From a virus, in the IMG/VR virus record IMGVR_UViG_3300046777_001606, positions 43,802-107,801 of that record: a DNA stretch of 64,000 nucleotides, one strand, 5' to 3'. Below are positions 49,739-59,396 of this stretch, one piece after another. The position numbers and the translations under genes are program-made. Numbering within the stretch: the stretch's first letter is position 1; each line of letters opens with the position of its first letter. The notes under the pieces were generated by a model. The model was not told the DNA's origin. It saw only the letters and a list, made by a program, of their open reading frames with translations, and made no database searches.

Positions 49739-50485
49739 ATGCAGAAAGTTTTAATTACTGGACATAAAGGATTTATCGGTAAACATGTATTTGCAGATTG
49801 GAAGGAGACTCATAGTGAATGGGTAACCGGATTGGATCGTCCAGATGATGTTAAAGATTTTTCTGGAGGAGATTACGATCTTGTAATTCACTTAGCTGCA
49901 TATGCAGATATTCGTGATAGTCAGGAGAACCCAGAAAAGTATTATGAAAATAATGTAGTCTCAACAAAACCATTATTTGATTGGTGTAGAAAAACTAATA
50001 CCCGTCTTCTTTATGCATCTTCAAGTACAGTAGAAGAAGACTATTGGACAAATCCATATGCAATGACTAAATGGATTAATGAGCAAATGGCTCCTCAGAA
50101 TTCTGTCGGAATGAGATTTACAACCGTATATGGTCCCGGTGGTAGAGGAAATATGATGTATGACTTGCTCAAGGACAGAAAAGCAACATATGTAACTAAT
50201 CATAAAAGAGATTGGATACATGTGAAAGATGTATGTAGAGCTATTCGTTATCTTGCGACAAGTGATGTAACTGGACCTATTCCTGTTGGTACTGGGAAAT
50301 CTATATCGGTAAAAGATCTTGCAGCAGCGTTTGGGCAGGGCAATCTGCCAGTTCAAGAACTGACCCCAGGTGAGAGACAAGACAATGCTGCTGATGTTAA
50401 AATACTAACTAGTATAGGATGGTTTCCAACCACAAACATTCTGGATACAGTCAATGAATACTCCAAATTGGCAACACCACTCTAA
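49739..50485 (+). CDS. NAD-dependent nucleotide-sugar epimerase/dehydratase (WcaG-like)
   Basis: LITGHKGFIG, HLAA, YASSS, YAMTK, RFTTVYGP, RDWIHV; start ATG 49739. Confidence 0.88.
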   Translation: MQKVLITGHKGFIGKHVFADWKETHSEWVTGLDRPDDVKDFSGGDYDLVIHLAAYADIRDSQENPEKYYENNVVSTKPLFDWCRKTNTRLLYASSSTVEEDYWTNPYAMTKWINEQMAPQNSVGMRFTTVYGPGGRGNMMYDLLKDRKATYVTNHKRDWIHVKDVCRAIRYLATSDVTGPIPVGTGKSISVKDLAAAFGQGNLPVQELTPGERQDNAADVKILTSIGWFPTTNILDTVNEYSKLATPL

Positions 50486-50627
50486 GAAGGAACAGAAGCG
50501 GAAACTGAAACCGCAAGCACTCCGACAAGCAAAAGCACGACTGAGCCACTTCAAAAAGCGGCACATGACCTCCCCCAAAAAGGGAGGTTCTTTTGTATTA
50601 TATACACATACGATTCAAATCAAATGA
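50454..50627 (+). CDS. Small basic hypothetical protein
   Basis: Not in ORF track; 57 aa starting MNTPNWQHHSKKEQKRKLKPQALRQAKARL; stop overlaps the 50624 ATG. Confidence 0.55.
   Translation: MNTPNWQHHSKKEQKRKLKPQALRQAKARLSHFKKRHMTSPKKGGSFVLYTHTIQIK
50545..50601 (+). promoter_or_regulatory. Putative early promoter: palindromic box + hairpin + -10
   Basis: GCCACTT-caaa-AAGCGGC(AC), ACCTCCC/GGGAGGT hairpin, then ttgTATTAT. Confidence 0.55.
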
Positions 50628-52771
50628 CTGTCCGCCACGAAATCAAGTCCCAACTCGCAAAGCTTCTTGCTACCGAAGACCTTGTGGTTGAGCACAAGAA
50701 GGTGGAGACTGCCTGCTTTAACGTCCATACCCGTGTGCTGACTCTGCCGATGTGGGAGAAGGCAAGCAACACCGTTTATGACCTTCTGGTGGGGCACGAG
50801 GTTGGTCACGCTCTCTATACGCCTGATGAAGATTGGATTAAGGAGCATAAGATTCCGCCACAGTTTGTAAATGTGGTTGAGGATGCTCGTATTGAGAAGT
50901 TGATGAAGCGTCGTTATGCTGGTCTCGCCAAGACCTTCTATAATGGATATAAAGATTTGTCTGATGAAGATTTCTTTCAACTGGGTGATAGCGATATTAC
51001 TACTTACAACCTTGCTGATAAAGTTAATCTCTATTACAAGATTGGGAATTTTGTAGAAATTCCTTTTGATGATTTTGATGAGATGCCTATCGTTCGTATG
51101 ATCGGTGAGTGTGAAACTTTTTCTGACGTTTTAATTGCTGCAGAATTTCTTTATAAGTTCTGCAAGAAAAAGCAGCAGGAAGAAACCAAAATTTCTCTGG
51201 ATAATCTTGAGTCTCAGCAGAGTGGTGCTGATAATCAACCTGCCTCCGATTTTAGTGACCAGCAGGAAGGTGAGAACGACCAACCTGAGTCTAATGATTC
51301 TGAAGGTGCTCCCTCTTCTGATGAAAATTCTCAGCAGCAGCAACCCACTAATCGGGGTGGTGAGAAGAATGAAGAACCTGAAGTCAAGACGATGGAGTCT
51401 CTGGAAGAGGCACTAAAAGAACTCGTCAATAATAGTGGTCCTGAAAATGTTTATCTGGAACTGCCTAAGCTTGACTTGAAAAAAGTGATTGTTCCGAATG
51501 CTCAGATTCATTCTAATTGTAAAGAATCTTGGGACTCTTTTTCAGAAAATACTGGATATAAGTATGAAGACCTCTTTGGCGAAGTTGATCGGCAGTTTGT
51601 AGAGTTCAAGCGTTCTGTACAGAAGGAAGTCAACTATCTGGTCAAAGAGTTTGAGTGTCGTAAGGCAGCAGACTCCTATGCTCGTGCTACGACTGCCCGC
51701 ACTGGTGTTCTGGACTGCTCCAAACTTCATACCTACAAATACAACGAAGACCTATTCAAGAAGGTCACTACACTCGCTAACGGTAAGAATCACGGTCTGG
51801 TGTTCGTTCTGGACTGGTCTGGTTCGATGTGTGATGTGATGCTGGATACGGTCAAGCAACTCTTCAACCTTGTTTGGTTCTGTAAAAAAGTTGCGATTCC
51901 GTTCGAGGTTTATGCTTTCACAACTGATTATCCTCTGGTTTCTTATGATGAGAATGGTAAGGCAAATCTCCGTGAACTTGCTTATGAAAAGAAAGATGGT
52001 CTGATTCAAGTTGGTGAATGGTTCTCGATGATGAATCTTTTGACCAGTCAAGTGAACGGTAAGACTTTGGAAGAACAGATGAAGAATATTTTCCGCCTTG
52101 CGTATTCTTTTGGGCGTAATTGCTATGCTCATTATTCCATTCCTCTGGGGCTTTCTCTTTCAGGAACTCCTCTGAATGAGGCACTGATTTCTCTTCACCA
52201 GATTCTGCCTAAGTTCCAGAAGGATAATAAACTTCAGAAAGTTCAGTGTGTGATTTTGACTGATGGTGAAGCGTGTGGTATTAAGTATCACCGTGAAGTG
52301 AAGCGTCAATGGGAAGATGGACCTTTTTTGGGAACCTCTCATATTGGTATTAATTCTCTTTTGCGCGATCGTAAGACAGGAAGTACCTATTCTTTGGATT
52401 GCGAATGGTATCAAATGACCGATGTTTTTCTTCGCAATCTGCGGGACAAGTTTGCTGATATCAACTTTATTGGTATTCGTGTTCTGGAAGGTCGTGATGC
52501 TGGTAATTTTATTCGTCGTTATTGTGGATACTATGGTCCAGAGTATGATAAGGTAATGGGTGCTTGGAGAAAAGAAAAAGCATTTACTCTCAAAAAGTCT
52601 GGTTATCATTCTTATTTTGGTCTTTCTGCAACTGCCCTTTCTCAAGACACAGAGTTTGAAGTTGCTGAATATGCAACCAAGACTCAAATCAAATCTGCTT
52701 TTGTGAAGAGTCTCAAGTCCAAAAAAATGAACAAAAAGATCCTTGGAGAGTTTATCGAACTCGTTGCGTGA
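50624..52771 (+). CDS. CobT-like protein (HExxH metallopeptidase-like N-domain + VWA domain)
   Basis: GHEVGHALYT, NVVEDARIE, acidic linker, MIDAS DWSGS, GTPL, LTDGE. Confidence 0.85.
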   Translation: MTVRHEIKSQLAKLLATEDLVVEHKKVETACFNVHTRVLTLPMWEKASNTVYDLLVGHEVGHALYTPDEDWIKEHKIPPQFVNVVEDARIEKLMKRRYAGLAKTFYNGYKDLSDEDFFQLGDSDITTYNLADKVNLYYKIGNFVEIPFDDFDEMPIVRMIGECETFSDVLIAAEFLYKFCKKKQQEETKISLDNLESQQSGADNQPASDFSDQQEGENDQPESNDSEGAPSSDENSQQQQPTNRGGEKNEEPEVKTMESLEEALKELVNNSGPENVYLELPKLDLKKVIVPNAQIHSNCKESWDSFSENTGYKYEDLFGEVDRQFVEFKRSVQKEVNYLVKEFECRKAADSYARATTARTGVLDCSKLHTYKYNEDLFKKVTTLANGKNHGLVFVLDWSGSMCDVMLDTVKQLFNLVWFCKKVAIPFEVYAFTTDYPLVSYDENGKANLRELAYEKKDGLIQVGEWFSMMNLLTSQVNGKTLEEQMKNIFRLAYSFGRNCYAHYSIPLGLSLSGTPLNEALISLHQILPKFQKDNKLQKVQCVILTDGEACGIKYHREVKRQWEDGPFLGTSHIGINSLLRDRKTGSTYSLDCEWYQMTDVFLRNLRDKFADINFIGIRVLEGRDAGNFIRRYCGYYGPEYDKVMGAWRKEKAFTLKKSGYHSYFGLSATALSQDTEFEVAEYATKTQIKSAFVKSLKSKKMNKKILGEFIELVA

Positions 52772-53004
52772 ATAAATATTCAAAAAATAAAAACAGAACA
52801 TTTATAATTAAGAAAATGAAATCCAAATTCCCATTTGAACATGCTATTAAATATGATACTAAACAAGTTTGGGTGACTGGTATTGGTGCTATTACTGCTA
52901 TGGGACTCTCTAAATTGGTGGAGAAGTATTATCCTGGATACAAAGCACAAATTGCATCAAAAGAATATTTTGAAAAACTGAAGAACCAACAGGTCCAGTC
53001 CTGA
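52768..53004 (+). CDS. Hypothetical protein (true start may be the downstream MKSKFPFEH)
   Basis: Fills the gap between CobT-like and CobS-like genes; AATAAATA at 52771. Confidence 0.55.
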   Translation: MNKYSKNKNRTFIIKKMKSKFPFEHAIKYDTKQVWVTGIGAITAMGLSKLVEKYYPGYKAQIASKEYFEKLKNQQVQS

Positions 53005-53049
53005 AACTGTCACAGGGGGCACTCAACCGCCCCTTTTTTCTTGTATAAT
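52994..53049 (+). promoter_or_regulatory. Putative early promoter: palindromic box + hairpin/terminator + -10
   Basis: TCCAGTC-ctga-AACTGTCAC, GGGGC/GCCCC hairpin with T-run, then ttgTATAAT. Confidence 0.65.
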
Positions 53050-53082
53050 AACTTCAGTTAAACAAAACCACCTAACTAAATC

Positions 53083-54240
53083 ATGCCTCGCAAATCTTCC
53101 GTGAACGATCAATCCCTTTTTGATAGCATCAAAGAACTTTATGGTTCCGAAATCACTTCTGGTGATCTGAAGGGTTTTTGTGCTTCTCGTGGTCTGAACT
53201 ATCAGACTGTGACTCGTCGCCTTGAAAATTTTAAGACAGGTCGTGGTCGTTGGAATCTTGAAGTGACTCAAGAACGTGTGGAAGAAATTGAGCGTTCTTT
53301 CAGTGCTCCTGCTGTGCTTCCTGCCGCTGAACAAAACCTTATCCCTGATAAAGATGATACCTTCGTCAAGTTTGGTAACTTTAACGATATTAAGAAAATT
53401 ATTCAGTCCCGTATTTTTTACCCTACGTTCATTACGGGTCTTTCGGGTAACGGTAAAACGTTCTCTGTGGAGCAAGCGTGTGCTCAACTTAAGCGTGAAC
53501 TGATTCGTGTTAACATTACTATCGAGACTGATGAAGATGATTTGATTGGTGGTTTCCGTCTTGTGAACGGTGAAACGGCTTGGCACAATGGTCCTGTGAT
53601 TGAGGCACTGGAGCGTGGTGCAATTCTTCTTCTGGATGAGATTGACCTTGCTTCCAATAAGATTCTGTGTCTCCAATCTGTTCTTGAAGGTAAGGGTGTG
53701 TTCCTGAAAAAGATTGGTCGCTTCGTGAAACCTGCTGCTGGTTTCAACGTGATTGCTACTGCTAATACCAAAGGTAAGGGTAGTGATGATGGTCGCTTCA
53801 TCGGCACCAACGTTCTGAATGAAGCTTTCCTTGAGCGTTTCCCTGTGACCTTTGAGCAAGCATATCCTGCTCCTGCTACCGAACAAAAGATCCTTGAGGG
53901 TATCGCTCTGGATCTTGGTGTGGAAGACCGTGACTTCTGTAAGCGCCTGGTGGACTGGGCAGACATTATCCGCAAGACCTTCTACGATGGTGGTATTGAG
54001 GAAATTATCAGCACCCGCCGTCTGGTCCATATCATCCGTGCTTATAGCATCTTCCAAGACAAGGCAAAGGCAATCCAAGTGTGTGTGAATCGCTTTGATG
54101 ATGAGACCAAGCAATCCTTCCTGGAACTCTACGATAAAGTCGATGCTGACTTCAAGATGCCTGTCGATGAAGTCGATGAAGAAATTCTGGCAGAACGGCA
54201 AGCTCTTCGTGATTATGTTGCCAAACTCCAAACAAACTGA
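53083..54240 (+). CDS. cobS: CobS-like MoxR AAA+ ATPase
   Basis: GLSGNGKT, LLLDEID, ATANTKG, NEAFLERF, ISTRRLV. Confidence 0.92.
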   Translation: MPRKSSVNDQSLFDSIKELYGSEITSGDLKGFCASRGLNYQTVTRRLENFKTGRGRWNLEVTQERVEEIERSFSAPAVLPAAEQNLIPDKDDTFVKFGNFNDIKKIIQSRIFYPTFITGLSGNGKTFSVEQACAQLKRELIRVNITIETDEDDLIGGFRLVNGETAWHNGPVIEALERGAILLLDEIDLASNKILCLQSVLEGKGVFLKKIGRFVKPAAGFNVIATANTKGKGSDDGRFIGTNVLNEAFLERFPVTFEQAYPAPATEQKILEGIALDLGVEDRDFCKRLVDWADIIRKTFYDGGIEEIISTRRLVHIIRAYSIFQDKAKAIQVCVNRFDDETKQSFLELYDKVDADFKMPVDEVDEEILAERQALRDYVAKLQTN

Positions 54241-54246
54241 TATAAT
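54218..54246 (+). promoter_or_regulatory. Sigma70-type promoter
   Basis: TTGCCA, 17 nt spacer, TATAAT with extended -10 TGn. Confidence 0.65.
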
Positions 54247-54248
54247 TC

Positions 54249-54276
54249 GGGAAGGTAAAAATGCGCCTTCCCTTTT
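54249..54276 (+). terminator. Hairpin/terminator after cobS
   Basis: GGGAAGG...CCTTCCC followed by TTTT. Confidence 0.55.
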
Positions 54277-54279
54277 ATT

Positions 54280-54690
54280 ATGGACGAGTACCCTTATTCA
54301 ATGAATGAATTCACAATGACTGTGAATGATGATGGAACCCTTAATTTGACTAAAACCCCCGTTATGAACGAACCTAAAAATCATCTCTGGAAATATAATG
54401 AAGATAAAATTCTCAAAGATGTTGAGGATTATGTAACCAGCACCTATCACGGCCACTACTGTGGCGATGAAGAAGATTATGCTGATATTCAAACAATTGA
54501 TCTGATGGCAGCGAAGAAACTTGCCGCTGGATTTTGTCAGGCGAATATCCTTAAGTATGGTAGTCGCTATGGTGATAAAGATGGACGCAATAAGCGAGAC
54601 TTGATGAAAGTTATTCACTATGCTATGCTTCTTCTCCATTTTGATAAGCACTATTCTCGTAAAGATAATGGTCTTACTGAATTCCGTTGA
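54280..54690 (+). CDS. DUF3310/SaV-like hypothetical protein
   Basis: TYHGHY, GFCQANILKYGSRYGDKDG, DLMKVIHY. Confidence 0.7.
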   Translation: MDEYPYSMNEFTMTVNDDGTLNLTKTPVMNEPKNHLWKYNEDKILKDVEDYVTSTYHGHYCGDEEDYADIQTIDLMAAKKLAAGFCQANILKYGSRYGDKDGRNKRDLMKVIHYAMLLLHFDKHYSRKDNGLTEFR

Positions 54691-55379
54691 TTATGAAACT
54701 TAAAGATAAAACTATGAAACTTTCTGATAAAACCATTACTCTCCTAAAGAATTTTTCTGGAATTAACCAGTCTATTCTTTTTAGGCAGGGAAATTCTCTT
54801 CGCACTATTTCAGTTATGAAAAATATTTTAGCTGAAGCAACTGTAGAAGAAGAATTTCCGAAAGATTTTGGTATTTATGATTTGAATCAATTTCTTAACG
54901 GACTTAATTTGCATCAAAATGCCGAACTAGATTTTCAAAACGATAGTCACGTTGTAATTAGGGAGGGTAAATCTCGCTCCAAGTACTTTTTTGCAGACCC
55001 AAATGTAATTATTACTCCACCAGACAAATCTATTGTCTTGCCCAGTGAGGACGTTTGTTTTATTCTAGATACTAAAGAGCTTGATAAATTGCTTAAGGCT
55101 GCTGCTGTTTATCAATTACCCGATTTGTCTGTAGTTGGTGAAGCGGGAGTTGTAAAACTCGTTGTACGTGATAAAAAGAACGATACCTCTAATGACTTTT
55201 CGGTTGTTGTTGGAGAAACTAATGAAGTGTTCACTTTTAACTTTAAAGTGGAAAATATTAAGATTATCCCTGGATCTTATGAAGTGGTAATTTCTTCCAA
55301 GCTTCTATCACGATTCAAAAATACTGGATATGATGTAACCTATTATATTGCTCTGGAACCTGATTCTACCTTTGGATGA
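54687..55379 (+). CDS. gp45: Sliding clamp
   Basis: MKLSDKT..LLKNFSGINQS, FGIYDLNQFL, YYIALEPDS. Confidence 0.96.
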   Translation: MIMKLKDKTMKLSDKTITLLKNFSGINQSILFRQGNSLRTISVMKNILAEATVEEEFPKDFGIYDLNQFLNGLNLHQNAELDFQNDSHVVIREGKSRSKYFFADPNVIITPPDKSIVLPSEDVCFILDTKELDKLLKAAAVYQLPDLSVVGEAGVVKLVVRDKKNDTSNDFSVVVGETNEVFTFNFKVENIKIIPGSYEVVISSKLLSRFKNTGYDVTYYIALEPDSTFG

Positions 55380-55888
55380 ACATCTTTGTAACTTCGCCCT
55401 GGCCTGCGGAAAGTGCTGTCTGTCTCCCCGATAAACACATCGTCAAGATGCCGTTGGAATGCTGTCAAATGCTTTCCATTGTGGCATCTGAAAAATGGGG
55501 TCATAACTACGGCACTCTCCCTAAGGCTGATGGTACTCCCTACCGAACTGAAAAGGGTGCGTTTCGTAATCATCCCTGTACCAAATGGGCAATGGATAGT
55601 ATCCACAATGCCTATTGGTTAATCAAGTGGGGAATGAACCTTGCAGATGAATATGCTCTACGTTATAATAAAATCCACTCTTGTTACAAAACTCTTGTAG
55701 ATGCTTACTACCTTTTTCCCAAAGGAAAGATTACAGAAGTAACTCCATTTGCTCGTGCAATGCCAGAAGAGTGGAAATTTGATGATAGTATTGATACCTT
55801 TACTGCTTATAAAAGGTACATTGCTTCTAAACCTTGGGTTGCTAGTAATTATTTACGTATGCCTGAACGTAAACCTGATTGGGTCTGA
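55376..55888 (+). CDS. Pyrimidine-dimer DNA glycosylase (DenV)-related protein
   Basis: MNIF...DKHIVKMPLECCQMLS, NHPCTKW, EY..RY.K.H motifs. Confidence 0.65.
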   Translation: MNIFVTSPWPAESAVCLPDKHIVKMPLECCQMLSIVASEKWGHNYGTLPKADGTPYRTEKGAFRNHPCTKWAMDSIHNAYWLIKWGMNLADEYALRYNKIHSCYKTLVDAYYLFPKGKITEVTPFARAMPEEWKFDDSIDTFTAYKRYIASKPWVASNYLRMPERKPDWV

Positions 55889-55894
55889 TTAATT

Positions 55895-56461
55895 ATGTTA
55901 AAGGTTATTGATAATTTTTTAACAAAATCATATTCAGATTATCTGTCTTCAATGGTAGATTCTCCGCATCAAGAATGGTATTTTCAAAAAAATATTGCAT
56001 CAGATATAACCGGAGATGTTAGTGATTATGGTTTTAATTTTTGGGTATGGGATAATTCTCGTGGAGGATTAACAAATACTAGATTGTCCCAAGATCTATT
56101 TCCATTATTATGTCAGATAAAAGATCTTGCGAATTGTGAAAATATCTTAAGATCTAGACTTGATATGACAACATATCTATTACAAAATAAAAGGCATCTT
56201 ATACATGTAGATCTTCCTCATCCACATATTACAGCTATCTATTATTTTATTGATTCTGATGGGGATACAATAATATACAATCAAAAATCTGATTATAAAA
56301 ATACAATAGTCACTGGAGAAGATATAAAAAAACTTACCATTAAAGAGAAAGTTTCTCCAAGAAAAAATAGATTGGTTATTTTTGATGGTGATTATTTCCA
56401 TACTGGAAATTCTCCAACACAACATTCAAATAGAATACTGCTGAATTCTAATTTTAATTGA
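55895..56461 (+). CDS. 2OG-Fe(II) oxygenase
   Basis: VIDNFL, HVD facial triad, SDGDT, NRLVIFDG..FH, R..LN.NF. Confidence 0.85.
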   Translation: MLKVIDNFLTKSYSDYLSSMVDSPHQEWYFQKNIASDITGDVSDYGFNFWVWDNSRGGLTNTRLSQDLFPLLCQIKDLANCENILRSRLDMTTYLLQNKRHLIHVDLPHPHITAIYYFIDSDGDTIIYNQKSDYKNTIVTGEDIKKLTIKEKVSPRKNRLVIFDGDYFHTGNSPTQHSNRILLNSNFN

Positions 56462-56473
56462 AATTTTTTTATT

Positions 56474-57418
56474 ATGAATAGTGATTTTATCTGGGTAGAA
56501 AAATATCGCCCAAAAACAATTGAAGATTGTATTCTTCCTGAAAGTACCAAGAAGACTTTTCAGGAGTTTCTAAATAAGGGTGAAATTCCAAATATGCTTC
56601 TTGCTGGTCCTCCTGGTATTGGTAAGACCACAGTTGCAAAAGCACTCTGCAATGAATTAGGAGTAGATTTTTATGTCATCAATGGATCCGACGAGGGTAG
56701 ATTCCTCGATACTGTCCGAAACAATGCGAAGAACTTCGCTTCGACCGTATCGCTTTCGTCAACTGCTAAACACAAAGTCGTCATCATTGACGAAGCAGAT
56801 AACACAGGAAACGATGTACAACTCCTCCTACGGGCGTTTATTGAGGAGTTTGCTGGTAACTGCAGGTTCATTCTGACATGCAATTATAAAAATAAAATTA
56901 TTGAACCACTTCATTCTCGTTGTGCGGTTATTGATTTTGGGATTAGAGGAAAAGAAAAAGCCCAGTTAGCAGTATCTTTTCTTAATCGTCTGCAAAATAT
57001 CTTGGATATAGAAGGCATTAAGTATGATCTTAAAGTCATTGCAGAATTGATTAACAAACATTTCCCAGATTGGCGCCGAGTCCTCAATGAATGTCAAAAA
57101 TATTCAGTAGGGGGATCAATCGATTCGGCTATTCTTGCATCGTTCTCTGACGTTTCTGTAAATGAACTTATTAAATCTCTCAAAGATAAAAACTTTACTG
57201 AGGTCCGAAAGTGGGTGGTCGGGAACCTGGATAACGACGCTTCTAGTTTACTTCGCAGGGTTTATGACGCCGCTTATGATTGTCTTTCACCCGCAACTAT
57301 CCCTGCTGCCGTTCTTATTATTGCTAAGTACCAATACCAATGTGCGTTCGTGGCTGATCAGGAAATAAATATGCTTGCCTGCTTGACCGAAATTATGGTG
57401 GAGTGTGAATTCAAATGA
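56474..57418 (+). CDS. gp44: Clamp loader large subunit
   Basis: WVEKYRP, GPPGIGKT, IIDEAD, PLHSRC. Confidence 0.97.
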   Translation: MNSDFIWVEKYRPKTIEDCILPESTKKTFQEFLNKGEIPNMLLAGPPGIGKTTVAKALCNELGVDFYVINGSDEGRFLDTVRNNAKNFASTVSLSSTAKHKVVIIDEADNTGNDVQLLLRAFIEEFAGNCRFILTCNYKNKIIEPLHSRCAVIDFGIRGKEKAQLAVSFLNRLQNILDIEGIKYDLKVIAELINKHFPDWRRVLNECQKYSVGGSIDSAILASFSDVSVNELIKSLKDKNFTEVRKWVVGNLDNDASSLLRRVYDAAYDCLSPATIPAAVLIIAKYQYQCAFVADQEINMLACLTEIMVECEFK

Positions 57419-57585
57419 TTAGGCATCAACTCAAATCTAAGTGGTATTATATTTTCTGGGGTGTTTGTGCTGTTGCTGTTGTCTCTGGGCAACTTTATGT
57501 TGGGACTGGATATCGTGAGATGGCACAAGCATTTAAAAATATTTCAATTTCTGTGAGGTGTATAAATGGGTCTGCTGAAAATTGA
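57415..57585 (+). CDS. Small single-pass membrane protein
   Basis: Not in ORF track; 56 aa starting MIRHQLKSKWYYIFWGVCAVAVVSGQLYVG; ATGA overlap with the gp44 stop. Confidence 0.55.
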   Translation: MIRHQLKSKWYYIFWGVCAVAVVSGQLYVGTGYREMAQAFKNISISVRCINGSAEN

Positions 57586-57775
57586 TTTTAAATCTCTTAA
57601 AGAAGTTGCTGTTAAAACAACTCCCGAAAACGTGAGGGAGGCGAACGAAAGTCTTTTTCGTGCTAAAATGACTCTTCCTGCAGCCGCAAAACATTGCGGT
57701 ATGACTCAGAAAGAAATGAAACTCACTTTTAGAGAGTATTTGAAGTATCATCCTAAAGATTATGAAGTCTCTTAA
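57566..57775 (+). CDS. Small HTH-like protein
   Basis: MTLPAAAKHCGMTQKEM pattern. Confidence 0.6.
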   Translation: MGLLKIDFKSLKEVAVKTTPENVREANESLFRAKMTLPAAAKHCGMTQKEMKLTFREYLKYHPKDYEVS

Positions 57776-58634
57776 AACCCCATTACGTTACCCTGGCGGT
57801 AAGTCCCGTGCCTGCGAAAAGATGGGATCTTATTTCCCAGATCTTCGTAACTATGATGAGTTTAGAGAACCATTTCTTGGTGGGGGGAGTGTTGCAATTT
57901 ATATCACCAAAAAGTATCCTAGCCTAGATATTTGGGTGAATGACTTGTATGAACCTCTTGTAAATTTCTGGCAACAACTTCAAATGTTTGGTCCAGATAT
58001 GAAAGACAAACTTGTTGATCTTAAATCAAGGTATAACAATCCAGAATCCGCAAGAGAATTGTTTCTAACGAGTAAGGAGAAGATCAATGACCAAAGTTTG
58101 TCCAGTCTTGATCGTTCTGTGGCTTTCTATATTGTCAATAAGTGCTCTTTCAGTGGTCTCACAGAGAGCTCATCATTTTCAGAACAAGCTTCCCAAAACA
58201 ACTTCAGTTTGCGAGGGATCGAAAAATTGCCTGCGTATTCTACGTTAATCGAACATTGGCGTATAACTAATTACTCCTATGATTATCTGATGGATGGAAA
58301 CATGGGTGCTTTTATGTATCTCGATCCTCCTTATGATATTAAGGATAATCTCTATGGGAATAAGGGATCAATGCACAAAGGATTCGATCACGATAAGTTT
58401 GCTGCTGATTGCGACGCTAACAATATGGATCAGTTGATTAGTTATAACTCTGATCAACTTGTAAAAGACCGTTTTAAGAATTGGAATGCTGCGGAGTTTG
58501 ATCTGACTTATACGATGCGTTCTGCTGGTGAATATATGCGAGAGCAAAAGAAACGTAAAGAACTACTACTTTTTAATTATGGAATTGAAGGACTGGTTAA
58601 CCTCGATCAATTTTTCGAAACAGAATCTAATTGA
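57762..58634 (+). CDS. dam: DNA adenine methyltransferase (D12 class)
   Basis: LRYPGGKS, EPFLGGGSV, NDL and YLDPPY motifs; target specificity unknown. Confidence 0.9.
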   Translation: MKSLKTPLRYPGGKSRACEKMGSYFPDLRNYDEFREPFLGGGSVAIYITKKYPSLDIWVNDLYEPLVNFWQQLQMFGPDMKDKLVDLKSRYNNPESARELFLTSKEKINDQSLSSLDRSVAFYIVNKCSFSGLTESSSFSEQASQNNFSLRGIEKLPAYSTLIEHWRITNYSYDYLMDGNMGAFMYLDPPYDIKDNLYGNKGSMHKGFDHDKFAADCDANNMDQLISYNSDQLVKDRFKNWNAAEFDLTYTMRSAGEYMREQKKRKELLLFNYGIEGLVNLDQFFETESN

Positions 58635-58959
58635 TGAAGACCCTTCGCTTGAGAAGGAATATGCTCCTTATATTATCAATCGTTGCCTTTCTGGGCACAT
58701 TGATTGTATTATGTTTGCTAATGAAATGAATCAATATCATTTCCTCCCAAAGAAGATGCAATATGACTTTTTTATAAATAGTCTGAGGAAAAAGAAGAGA
58801 TTTTCTCCCTGGCTCCGAAAAGATAAAGTCAAAGACTTAGAATGTATTAAACAATACTATGGTTATAGTAATGAAAAGGCATACCAAGCTTTGAAAATTT
58901 TATCAAAAGAACAAATTAATTTTATTAAATTGAAACTTGAAGTTGGAGGAACAAAATGA
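58579..58959 (+). CDS. gp62: Clamp loader small subunit
   Basis: MELKDWLTSIN, YIINRCLS, LRKKKRFSPW, YYGYSNEKA; start re-called. Confidence 0.93.
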   Translation: MELKDWLTSINFSKQNLIDEDPSLEKEYAPYIINRCLSGHIDCIMFANEMNQYHFLPKKMQYDFFINSLRKKKRFSPWLRKDKVKDLECIKQYYGYSNEKAYQALKILSKEQINFIKLKLEVGGTK

Positions 58960-59396
58960 CTACTGCTACGGTAGAACCTGAAGTTACTTGGTCTCAAGAC
59001 CAAATGATCGAGGTAATTCTTAATGAACCAGACGATTTTCTTAAAGTTCGTGAGACTTTAACTCGTATTGGAGTTGCATCGCGTAAGGAGAAAAAACTCT
59101 ATCAGTCCTGTCATATTTTGCATAAGCAGGGTAAGTATTATATTGTTCACTTTAAGGAACTATTTGCCCTTGACGGTAAACATGCAAATCTTACCGTAAA
59201 TGATGTTCAGCGTCGTAATAGAATTATTAGATTACTTCTTGATTGGGGACTTGTTACTATAGTGAAAGAAAGTGCTGTAACGGATATTGCACCACTTAAT
59301 CAAATCAAAGTTCTTGCTTATAAAGAAAAAAATGATTGGGTTTTAGAGCAAAAATACAATATTGGTAAAAAAGGAAAAGCAAAGGATAGTGAGTGA
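58956..59396 (+). CDS. regA: Translational repressor RegA
   Basis: DDFLKVRETLTRIG, LYQSCHILHKQGKYYIVHFKELF. Confidence 0.97.
   Translation: MTTATVEPEVTWSQDQMIEVILNEPDDFLKVRETLTRIGVASRKEKKLYQSCHILHKQGKYYIVHFKELFALDGKHANLTVNDVQRRNRIIRLLLDWGLVTIVKESAVTDIAPLNQIKVLAYKEKNDWVLEQKYNIGKKGKAKDSE

Noticed and set aside
53023-54231. 402-aa minus-strand ORF opposite cobS, and similar antisense ORFs opposite the CobT-like gene, gp22 and gp23
   Set aside because: They mirror strongly codon-biased sense genes, so few antisense stops are expected. They have no recognisable motifs or SD.
50624-54240. cobS/cobT as cobalamin biosynthesis genes
   Set aside because: No cobN or other cob genes are in the window. 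The motifs fit a generic MoxR AAA+/VWA chaperone pair.
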